Under the pieces are notes generated by a model that saw nothing but the letters and a program-made list of their open reading frames with translations, was not told where the DNA came from and made no database searches. A stretch of DNA of 25,387 nucleotides from a virus. Taxonomy: Duplodnaviria; Caudoviricetes. The translations under genes were made by a program, and so were the position numbers. Each line of letters begins with the position of its first letter. Position 1 is the stretch's first letter. Location: IMG/VR virus record IMGVR_UViG_3300049164_000042, positions 1 to 25,387 of that record, one strand, 5' to 3'. Shown here one piece after another: positions 1 through 6,445 of this stretch.

Positions 1-2
1 TC

Positions 3-395
3 ATGGCCCCCGCCGCCGTCGCCATCTGGGGCGGCTGGGTCGGCCTCGGTGAGATGGCCGGCTTCGGGCCCGTCCGGCTCCTCCCCGGCATCGCTGACCA
101 GGTCGTCATCAACACCGCGATCACGTTGCCGATCGGCATGGAGGTGTACGCCGCCTATGCCCTCTACGTGTGGCTCAGCGGCAAAGCACGCGGCAAGGCC
201 CGGAGGATGGCGCGGACGTCGGCGATTGCCGCGCTCATCGTCGGCGCTGCCGGGCAGATCGCCTACCACGTGATGGCCGCCGCCGGAGTCGGTGACGCGC
301 CGTGGTGGATCACCGCCGGTGTCGCTTGCTTGCCGGTGGCAGTCCTCGGCATGGGCGCGGCACTCGCCCACATGGTCCGCGCCGACGACGAGTAG
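3..395 (+). CDS. Multi-pass membrane protein, possibly 5'-truncated by the window edge
   Basis: 130-aa ORF with about four hydrophobic segments and G/C-rich third codon positions, ending at a hairpin. Loosely resembles DUF2637-like membrane proteins of actinomycete mobile elements (unverified). Confidence 0.7.
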   Translation: MAPAAVAIWGGWVGLGEMAGFGPVRLLPGIADQVVINTAITLPIGMEVYAAYALYVWLSGKARGKARRMARTSAIAALIVGAAGQIAYHVMAAAGVGDAPWWITAGVACLPVAVLGMGAALAHMVRADDE

Positions 396-396
396 G

Positions 397-437
397 CACG
401 ACGAAGGCCCCCGCTCCACTCGGAGCGGGGGCGTTCT
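397..437. terminator. Probable bidirectional intrinsic terminator between convergent genes
   Basis: Perfect 11-bp stem GCCCCCGCTCC (407-417) / GGAGCGGGGGC (422-432) with a 4-nt loop, lying between stop codons at 395 (+) and 446 (-). Minus-strand tail is CUUCGUCGUG. Confidence 0.8.
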
Positions 438-445
438 GCTGCTTG

Positions 446-2026
446 CTAGAACGGCCAGTCGGCGTCCCTGCCGCGCTCGAGCAACGGGATCATCTTGAAT
501 CCCGCATCGGTGAGGCCGCCGAAGGTGTGGCGGGTACCTGAACCCGAGGGCGTGTGGCCGTGCTCGTAGCCCGCGAGGTTCCAGGTGTAGACCATCCGGT
601 CCTTCGGAACGGCCGCCGTGACGTCCGAGTGCCCGTGGTAGCTCGCCTGCTCGTCGGTGAGGATCACGACCCGGTCGTGGCCCGCGTAGTAGCGTCGCAC
701 CGCCCCTTCGGTGTCGGTGCCGCCGCCGATGAAGTACCCGTCGGCCTTCCACCTCTCGACCGCCCGCAGCAGCGACTCGCCGCGCTTGAGCCCGAACACC
801 TTCGACGGGTCCTGATGTCCCCAAGAGCTGGAGAACGAGACCACGTCAGCGGCTACGCACCGTCGCGCCAAGGCGAGACCGAACACCGTTGCTGCGTCCC
901 ATCGCATCAGCGAACCGTCTCGGGAGAACCCCGAGTTCATCGAACCCGACGTGTCCACCAGGACGAGCGTGCGGCCGGGAAGCTCGGGAATGTTCGCCAG
1001 GCAGGCGTCCAGCGCCCGCTCCAGCGGGTACGACCATCGCAGGGACGGCGCGGCACGGTACGCCGACAGGAACCGCATCGGGAACTGCCGCGACCGCGCA
1101 ACCTCGTCCGGGTGAGACAGCTTCGCCGCCACTGCCGCCGCGGCCTCGTCGGAGACGCCCGCCTCGTCGAAGTTGCGGAGGTTCCGCAGGAGCGCCATGT
1201 ACCCCATGGACGGGATGACGGCCTCCCACAGGCGCGCCTTGTCGACCTTGCTGCCCGCGAGGGACAGCACGTCTTCCCACGTCATGCCCGCGTCACCCAA
1301 CGGTGCGTCGAGGAGGATCGCAGGGTCCTTCGCGGCGCGAACTCGGAGGATGGCGTTCGCGCCGATCATCCGCAATGAGCCGGGGATCATGGGGTCCCGG
1401 CCATAGCGGCGGTCGAGAATGTACTTGTACAGGTCGGCCTGCCAGTCCGCCTTCGCGGAAGCGTGCACGAGGTTGAGGACATCGCCGAACCGGTACCCCT
1501 TCGAAGCGGTGTCCCACTTCAGGACAGCGCGTTCGGTGTAGAGGCGTGCAGCGGCGTCGGCGATCCCTCGCTTGACGGCCTTAGGGATCGCGCGCCCGTA
1601 CGTGGAGGTCCAGTAGGCCAGGGCTTCGCCGGGCTCGTCGGGGCGCTGAAGGACCGAGTCGACGACCTGGCGGCCACCGGGGATGCCCGCAGCGATCATG
1701 GCCTTGGCGGCTTCGAGCCCGCCGACGAGCGACGCGGAACGCATGTTCGCGCCCGCGCGGAGCCACGCGAGGAAGCGGCCAGTCCAGTCAGGATCGGCGA
1801 CAGCGACCGCGTGAACGAGCTCGGCGTACCGGTTGTCGCGGCTGTCCGCCGTCTCGTAGAACGTCTGCTCGCCGACCATGTTGGTGACCGCGAGGAGGAA
1901 CAGCTCGGACTTGGCGTCACGCGAGAATCCCGGCGCCCCTTCGAAAGTGGCGCCCGTGGCGAGACGATTCGAGGCGATGGGAGAGGACACCGCCGCGCGA
2001 GTGGTGGACCGGTTGAACTTCGACAT
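446..2026 (-). CDS. rsr: Ro60/Rsr-family TROVE-domain RNA-binding protein with C-terminal vWA domain (526 aa)
   Basis: TROVE-type motifs (ELFLLAV..FYE, RPDEPGE, MGYMALLRNLRN, SRQFPMRFLSAY) and vWA MIDAS residues (LVDTSGSM, GGGTD, ILTDEQ). ATG at 2026 follows AAGGAG; Y-RNA-like genes lie directly upstream. Confidence 0.93.
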   Translation of the reverse strand: MSKFNRSTTRAAVSSPIASNRLATGATFEGAPGFSRDAKSELFLLAVTNMVGEQTFYETADSRDNRYAELVHAVAVADPDWTGRFLAWLRAGANMRSASLVGGLEAAKAMIAAGIPGGRQVVDSVLQRPDEPGEALAYWTSTYGRAIPKAVKRGIADAAARLYTERAVLKWDTASKGYRFGDVLNLVHASAKADWQADLYKYILDRRYGRDPMIPGSLRMIGANAILRVRAAKDPAILLDAPLGDAGMTWEDVLSLAGSKVDKARLWEAVIPSMGYMALLRNLRNFDEAGVSDEAAAAVAAKLSHPDEVARSRQFPMRFLSAYRAAPSLRWSYPLERALDACLANIPELPGRTLVLVDTSGSMNSGFSRDGSLMRWDAATVFGLALARRCVAADVVSFSSSWGHQDPSKVFGLKRGESLLRAVERWKADGYFIGGGTDTEGAVRRYYAGHDRVVILTDEQASYHGHSDVTAAVPKDRMVYTWNLAGYEHGHTPSGSGTRHTFGGLTDAGFKMIPLLERGRDADWPF

Positions 2027-2060
2027 GAAAGAAGGCTCCTTCCGCACCGGGAGGAGCCTT
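2027..2060 (-). promoter_or_regulatory. Leader hairpin sequestering the rsr Shine-Dalgarno, possibly also an attenuator
   Basis: Minus strand AAGGCUCCU-CCCGGUGCGGA-AGGAGCCUU-CUUUC-AUG: a 9-bp perfect stem contains AGGAG and is followed by a pyrimidine run. Confidence 0.6.
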
Positions 2061-2062
2061 GG

Positions 2063-2213
2063 ATAGTGAAGCGCCCGAGATCAAGTCGACTGCGGAACGT
2101 AGGTGCTCTGCCAATTGAGCTACCAGACCCTAAGGACCGGACGGGATTTGAACCCGCAACCACCCGCTTAAGAGGCGAAGTAGCCGCTGTCTGCGCACCG
2201 GGCGCTTCACTAT
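2063..2213 (-). ncRNA. yrlA: YrlA-type bacterial Y RNA (circularly permuted tRNA mimic)
   Basis: 15-bp terminal inverted repeat (2063-2077 / 2199-2213) and Y-like motifs GGUGCG and UUGAUC. Inside, 5' to 3': T arm GCGGG-UUCAAAU-CCCGU (2141-2157), closed acceptor-like hairpin (2123-2140), D arm GCUC-AAUUGGCA-GAGC (2105-2120). Adjacent to the Ro60 gene. Confidence 0.88.
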
Positions 2214-2223
2214 GAAGGTCTGA

Positions 2224-2300
2224 ACCTCCCGAGATCAATGGCGTTCGCGGATATCTAAAGCCAAAGAAGTAGCCGCGAACTTCGCACCGGGAGGTGCTAT
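2224..2300 (-). ncRNA. Second, short Y-RNA-like gene without a tRNA domain (YrlB-like)
   Basis: Terminal stem ACCUCCCG/CGGGAGGU (2288-2295 / 2224-2231) and inner 8-bp stem (2273-2280 / 2243-2250). Shares CCCGGUGCG, GCGGCUACUUC and UUGAUCUCGGG exactly with the neighbouring YrlA. Confidence 0.78.
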
Positions 2301-2306
2301 AAGGCC

Positions 2307-2312
2307 ACAGTA
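2307..2312 (-). promoter_or_regulatory. Candidate -10 element (TACTGT) for the Y RNA-rsr unit
   Basis: TANNNT hexamer 6 nt upstream of the AUAG that begins the short Y RNA; YrlA also begins AUAG. No convincing -35 element. Confidence 0.35.
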
Positions 2313-2357
2313 CACGGTGTCACCGGCACTCGCGACCAGGTAATGTGCCAACCTCGG

Positions 2358-2402
2358 ACACGACGAAAGCCCGGCCGCCGCCGTGAGGCAGCGACCGGGC
2401 TT
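2358..2402 (-). terminator. Intrinsic terminator of the late/lysis operon
   Basis: 16-bp stem AAGCCCGGUCGCUGCC/GGCGGCGGCCGGGCUU that is complete only on the minus strand (two G-U pairs), with a 4-nt loop and a UUUCGUCGUG tail, 15 nt after the putative holin stop. Confidence 0.82.
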
Positions 2403-2417
2403 CGGTTCGGGTGCGGT

Positions 2418-2633
2418 CTACTCGTCGGCGAAGCCGTTCGTCCGCCGGTCGGTCTTGTCGCGCTGCTTCCAGGTCTTGACGGCGGCCATGAGGGTCGCTA
2501 GCGCGGCGAGGCCCTGAGCCCCGGCTTCCGCGTAGGCGGTCTGCTCGTCGGCGTTGACGACGCCGAACACGCCGAGAGCGGCAAGTACGGCGGTGACCAC
2601 CGCGTAGATGGCGGTGCGCTGTTCGTTGGACAT
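2418..2633 (-). CDS. Putative holin (71 aa)
   Basis: Two hydrophobic helices, charged C-terminus, last gene of the lysis region; AAGGAG lies 6 nt before the ATG at 2633. Confidence 0.7.
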   Translation of the reverse strand: MSNEQRTAIYAVVTAVLAALGVFGVVNADEQTAYAEAGAQGLAALATLMAAVKTWKQRDKTDRRTNGFADE

Positions 2634-2659
2634 GGGCATCTCCTTGTAAATTCGTACAC

Positions 2660-2953
2660 GTGTCGGAAAACGTTGCGCTGTTGATCTGCGACCACGAAGC
2701 GCCGGGCACCCGAAGAACATGGCGCGCCCGGGAGCACGGCTACTTCGGCCGGTGGCGGGACTGCACCGTCGAGGCCGGTCAGCTCGACGACGGACGCTGG
2801 TGGGTCAGGCGGATCGCTCACCCGGTAGGCGGTGAGTTCCGGGCCGAGCTGTACGACAGCGAGCGTGCCGCGATCACGGTGGCGCGGGCGGTCATGGCCG
2901 AGATCGAACCGGCACTCGTGAAGGCCGGGTGGCGGCCGTTCCAGGAGAGTTAG
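2660..2953 (+). CDS. Hypothetical protein (97 aa) inserted against the lysis cassette
   Basis: Strong G/C third-position bias in this frame, fills the gap exactly, Trp/Arg-rich. TAAATT lies 7 nt before the GTG, suggesting a leaderless transcript. Exact start is uncertain. Confidence 0.65.
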   Translation: MSENVALLICDHEAPGTRRTWRAREHGYFGRWRDCTVEAGQLDDGRWWVRRIAHPVGGEFRAELYDSERAAITVARAVMAEIEPALVKAGWRPFQES

Positions 2954-3741
2954 TCCGGCGGTGTCTCGCCCTGGTCGGTGGGGATGCACGCGATGATGTT
3001 GACCGGGCCGCTCGGAGTGACTACCGTGAGCGGCCCCGCGGGGGCCTCCGGGGGGCAGGGCAGCCCGTGCTCATCGATGTACGCCTCGATCTCCGCGCGG
3101 ATCTCCTCCTTGGTCGGCGGCCGCCCCGGTTCGCCCTGTGCGCCGTCCTGGCCGTCGGTGCCATCGGCCCCGTCTTCGCCGTTCTCGCCAGCAGGGCCAG
3201 GCGGCCCCGGCGGCGGGGGGTTCTCGGCGAGGTACGCCGCCATCGCGGCGTACAGCTGGTCGTTGAGCAGGTCTGGATGCTCGGTCAGGACCGAAGCGAA
3301 CGCGGCCGTCAGCTGCGCGGCGCTGGGCTCGAACTCGTAAGGATGCGCCGCGAAATAGTCCGCGAAGGCCGCTTCGATCTCGGCTTCGGTTAGGGCCGGC
3401 CCAGGAGGACCAGGGGGACCCGACGGACCGGGCTGCGGCGAGTACGACGGGTCCTCGAGCAGTTCCTCAGGGGCTGGGGCGACCGGATCGCCGCCGAGGT
3501 CTTCGATTTGCGACTGCGAGTCACCGAGGGCGGCATAGAGCGCGTCGATCTGGGCGGACTGGTGGTCGTCTTGGGCGTAGGTCCAGCCGAGCAGGATCGC
3601 CGCGACGAGGATTGCCGCAATCGAGATGACGACGCGGCGGAGCGGAAGACGACGGGCGTCCCGGCCGCGTTCCTCTTCGGCGCGCTGCTCGTCGCCTTCG
3701 CCCTGAGGCACGCCGTCTACTGAAAGTGGCTCAGTGCTCAT
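2950..3741 (-). CDS. Membrane-anchored collagen-like protein in the lysis region
   Basis: One TM segment (VVISIAAILVAAILLGW), a short coiled coil, two Gly-X-Y tracts and two C-terminal Cys; ATGA overlap with the upstream gene. Confidence 0.8.
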   Translation of the reverse strand: MSTEPLSVDGVPQGEGDEQRAEEERGRDARRLPLRRVVISIAAILVAAILLGWTYAQDDHQSAQIDALYAALGDSQSQIEDLGGDPVAPAPEELLEDPSYSPQPGPSGPPGPPGPALTEAEIEAAFADYFAAHPYEFEPSAAQLTAAFASVLTEHPDLLNDQLYAAMAAYLAENPPPPGPPGPAGENGEDGADGTDGQDGAQGEPGRPPTKEEIRAEIEAYIDEHGLPCPPEAPAGPLTVVTPSGPVNIIACIPTDQGETPPD

Positions 3742-4070
3742 GGCGGCTGCTCCCGCAGCTGTGCCAGTTCGGCGGCCTGCCGGTCGACTTTCTCCCGCTC
3801 CCTCGCGACCTCCTCCGCGCGCGCCGCGGCGGCTCGCGCCTGCTCGGCAGCGACGTCCAGAGCCTTGCGACGCTCCTCGTTCGCCGCGTCCAGCAGGCCC
3901 TGAAGCCGCTCGGCCCGAGCCTCCGCCTTGTCAGCGCGCGCCTCGGCGTCGTCGATCTCCTTGCCGAGCTGGATCCGGTCATCGCGGTTGAACTTGAGGA
4001 GGTATCCGATGACGAACGCGAGCACACCGAACACGCCGGTCCCACCGAGCAGAGGCGCGAGTGCGTCCAC
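3738..4070 (-). CDS. Small TM plus coiled-coil lysis-region protein
   Basis: N-terminal hydrophobic helix followed by a long Ala/Glu/Arg coiled coil, immediately after the endolysin. Confidence 0.75.
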   Translation of the reverse strand: MDALAPLLGGTGVFGVLAFVIGYLLKFNRDDRIQLGKEIDDAEARADKAEARAERLQGLLDAANEERRKALDVAAEQARAAAARAEEVAREREKVDRQAAELAQLREQPP

Positions 4071-4074
4071 ACGA

Positions 4075-5220
4075 CTACGCGCCAGCCCCGGTTAGCAGCT
4101 CACCGATCCGGGTGACGACCTCGTCGGCGGCGAGCTGGCCGGAGCCGACCTGCTGGACGAGAGCCAGAATCTCGGCGTCACGCTGCGCCGCTGCCGTATC
4201 GCGGGCGGCATCCTCGGTGGCGCGCTGGTCGATCCGCGCGATGATGGTCTTCGCGTCGATGCCCTTGACGGCGGCGAGGATCGCTTCCTCTCGCAGTCGC
4301 GATGCGTTGAGTTCGGTCTGGACCGCCAGGACGCCGTTCGACGCGATCAGGTGCGCGTACGCGTCTCGGTTCGTGATGCTCGCGTTCTTGTACGCCCAGA
4401 CCTTGCGTACGTCGTCGTCGGACAGTGGCATGTCGTCCTCCAGAAGTCGTCTCAGGGCAGCCGCGGAGTCGTCCCCGTAGATGCCGTCGATGGTGATGTC
4501 GGCGCGGCGCTGCAGCTCTCGCACCGCGGCGGTCGTGGCAGGCCCGTACCGGCCGTCCTCGACCAGGCCAGCGTCGATGACGCCGTTGAGGTAGACCTGC
4601 AGCGCGAGGACTTCGGGGCCGGAGTCGTTCTCGCGGAGGGTCTGGGTGGGGATGCCGGAGACCGGCAGGCCCGGGGTGGAGCCGCCGTACTTGCGGGCCA
4701 TCCACGCGTCCCACGTCTCGCCGGACAGGACCGACACGATCCCCTCGAGTGCGACCCAGTCGTTCGCGAAGGCCCGCAGGATCGAAAGGTGGATGTGCCA
4801 CAGATGCGAACTGTCCCGGGTCCAGTCGTCCGAGCCCCGGGCCTGGCCGAGTCCCGCGTTGCCGTCAGTGCGGCAGTACACCTTGGAGCCGTCCAGGGTG
4901 CCGATGAACTCGCGGAGTGCCCGAAGTCGCGTGTCGCGAGGGTCCAGCGCAGCTCTGCGTAGGTAGCCGGTGCGCTTCTTCATCTCCGTAGTGGACATGG
5001 TCAGGTCGATCGCGGAGGCGAGGAGCGAGGAGCCCTTCAGGTCCATGTCGAGCCGGATCGAGTAGTTGCCCGGCCATCGCTCCTGGTTGCGCTTCCGCGT
5101 GTTGTGGTATCCGGGTTTGTCGGCGAGCACGCCGCCGAGGCGGACGCCCGGGATTGAGGCCTGCGCGTTGGTCCAGATCTTCGCGATCGGGTCGGAGATC
5201 GCGGTGCTGCCGAGCGCCAT
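4075..5220 (-). CDS. Endolysin: putative Zn-peptidase domain plus peptidoglycan-binding domain
   Basis: N-terminal GYH..AID..HLWHIH motifs (M15-like HxH, inferred). Clear PG_binding_1 pattern LRENDSGPEVLALQ..DGRYGPATTAAVRELQ..DGIYG. Confidence 0.85.
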   Translation of the reverse strand: MALGSTAISDPIAKIWTNAQASIPGVRLGGVLADKPGYHNTRKRNQERWPGNYSIRLDMDLKGSSLLASAIDLTMSTTEMKKRTGYLRRAALDPRDTRLRALREFIGTLDGSKVYCRTDGNAGLGQARGSDDWTRDSSHLWHIHLSILRAFANDWVALEGIVSVLSGETWDAWMARKYGGSTPGLPVSGIPTQTLRENDSGPEVLALQVYLNGVIDAGLVEDGRYGPATTAAVRELQRRADITIDGIYGDDSAAALRRLLEDDMPLSDDDVRKVWAYKNASITNRDAYAHLIASNGVLAVQTELNASRLREEAILAAVKGIDAKTIIARIDQRATEDAARDTAAAQRDAEILALVQQVGSGQLAADEVVTRIGELLTGAGA

Positions 5221-5411
5221 CAGTCCAGGCCCTTCGGGTTCGGGCCGTCCTCGCGCAGCGCCTCGAACTCGTCATCATCGAGGACGACGACGCGGTCCGA
5301 TCCGCGGCGGCGGACTTCCCAGCGGTTGCCCTCGCTGTCCGGTGTGGTCTGCCGGACCTCGAAGCCCCGTTCGGCGTCGAACAGGTGCCAGTCGTGGGGG
5401 TCGGCCATCAC
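5220..5411 (-). CDS. Small hypothetical protein (about 63 aa)
   Basis: Overlaps both neighbours (4 nt upstream, 1 nt downstream), fills the gap and has coding-like codon use. Confidence 0.7.
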   Translation of the reverse strand: MMADPHDWHLFDAERGFEVRQTTPDSEGNRWEVRRRGSDRVVVLDDDEFEALREDGPNPKGLD

Positions 5412-6445
5412 TGCCTCCTGGTGGTGTTGGGGTCGGGTGCGTGCTCTTGCGCGGCAACGCGGGCGGTGAGCTGTTCGACTTTCGCGGCGAGGTCGTCGAT
5501 CTGCTGCTGCTGGCGCTGGATCAGCGGGACGAGCGCGGCCGACACCCGGTCGTAGCGGATCGAGATCGGCAGACCCTCCGCGTCGTACTCGACGAAATCC
5601 CCGAGGCCGAGCACGTCGAGTTCTTCAGCAACGAACCCGACCTCGCGCGGTGCATCCTCGGGCGGGTCCACGAGCTCGCCCGCGTGGCACTCATCCGCGG
5701 CGTGTTGCGCGTGCGCCCATGCAGGGCACTGCCTCGGGACAGCCCCGGGAAGCCACGTGCGAGGCCGCAACTGCAGCACCACAGCAGGGTCAACATCGAG
5801 GTCGCGGATGTCGGTCTTGACCCGCTCGGTCGACGACACCCACGTGATCTGACCGGTTGTCGTGTCCATGCGGACGTTCGCCGTCCCCGAACCGGACTGC
5901 GGCCGAATGAACGTGCCGGTGACACCGCCGATCGCGGCTTGCCCGCCCAGCGACAGGATCTGCGCGTAATCCGTTCCCTCAGCGAAAATGTTGACGGTCC
6001 CGGTGCCGCGGATGTCGACAGATTTCGACCGGAAGTCGAGGTCGTCGGCGTATGCCTGGAACGAGGCGGCGGGCGTGAGACCGCCGATGATGACCTGGGA
6101 GCCGTTGGTGGCATGGTCCTGGACCCGGAACAGGTTCCGGCCGTTCTGGTCGTTGACGAGCATCCCGTAGGCGATGATCTCGGTACCGTTGCCGATGTAC
6201 CCGAAATAGGCGGCGTCCCCACCAGAGGGGTACCGGACCGAGACCCGTGAGCCACCCTGAATAGCCAGGAGACCGCCGCCGTCCAATGTGATGCCAGCGC
6301 CGTTCTCTACGATGACACCACCAGTGCCGATCGTGGTGGCCTCGGCAGTGCGGGCGGTCTGCAACTGCCGGATCGCCGCCCATATCTCGGCTATCAGCGC
6401 CGCAGTGGGTTTCTCGCTGGAGGCGTCCGAGAACAATCTGGTCAC
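5408..6445 (-). CDS. Minor tail/fibre protein with C-terminal S74-type intramolecular chaperone domain
   Basis: Gly-rich beta-type body followed by SSTERVKTDIRDL..GFVAEEL..IRYDRV..coiled coil, the autocleaving chaperone pattern. Confidence 0.82.
   Translation of the reverse strand: MTRLFSDASSEKPTAALIAEIWAAIRQLQTARTAEATTIGTGGVIVENGAGITLDGGGLLAIQGGSRVSVRYPSGGDAAYFGYIGNGTEIIAYGMLVNDQNGRNLFRVQDHATNGSQVIIGGLTPAASFQAYADDLDFRSKSVDIRGTGTVNIFAEGTDYAQILSLGGQAAIGGVTGTFIRPQSGSGTANVRMDTTTGQITWVSSTERVKTDIRDLDVDPAVVLQLRPRTWLPGAVPRQCPAWAHAQHAADECHAGELVDPPEDAPREVGFVAEELDVLGLGDFVEYDAEGLPISIRYDRVSAALVPLIQRQQQQIDDLAAKVEQLTARVAAQEHAPDPNTTRRQ

Noticed and set aside
2027-2047. Longer rsr start at 2047
   Set aside because: It lies inside the leader hairpin with no SD, whereas the ATG at 2026 has a well-placed AAGGAG.
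2100-2180. Canonical tRNA-Lys gene, or a tRNA-derived att site
   Set aside because: The arms are in permuted order (T arm before D arm), the acceptor stem is closed by a loop, there is no CCA end, and the whole unit is enclosed in a Y-RNA stem.
1696-2238. 180-aa minus-strand ORF and other ORFs crossing the Y RNA region
   Set aside because: They overlap rsr out of frame and the structured RNAs, and have Arg/Ser/Pro-rich shadow composition.
2043-2295. CRISPR-like array suggested by repeated short motifs
   Set aside because: The repeats are only 9-12 nt, irregularly spaced and explained by Y RNA motifs; there are no cas genes.
2631-2645. Lambda-style dual-start holin (Met-Pro-Met)
   Set aside because: The SD directly abuts the first ATG and the extension carries no positive charge, so only 2633 looks usable.
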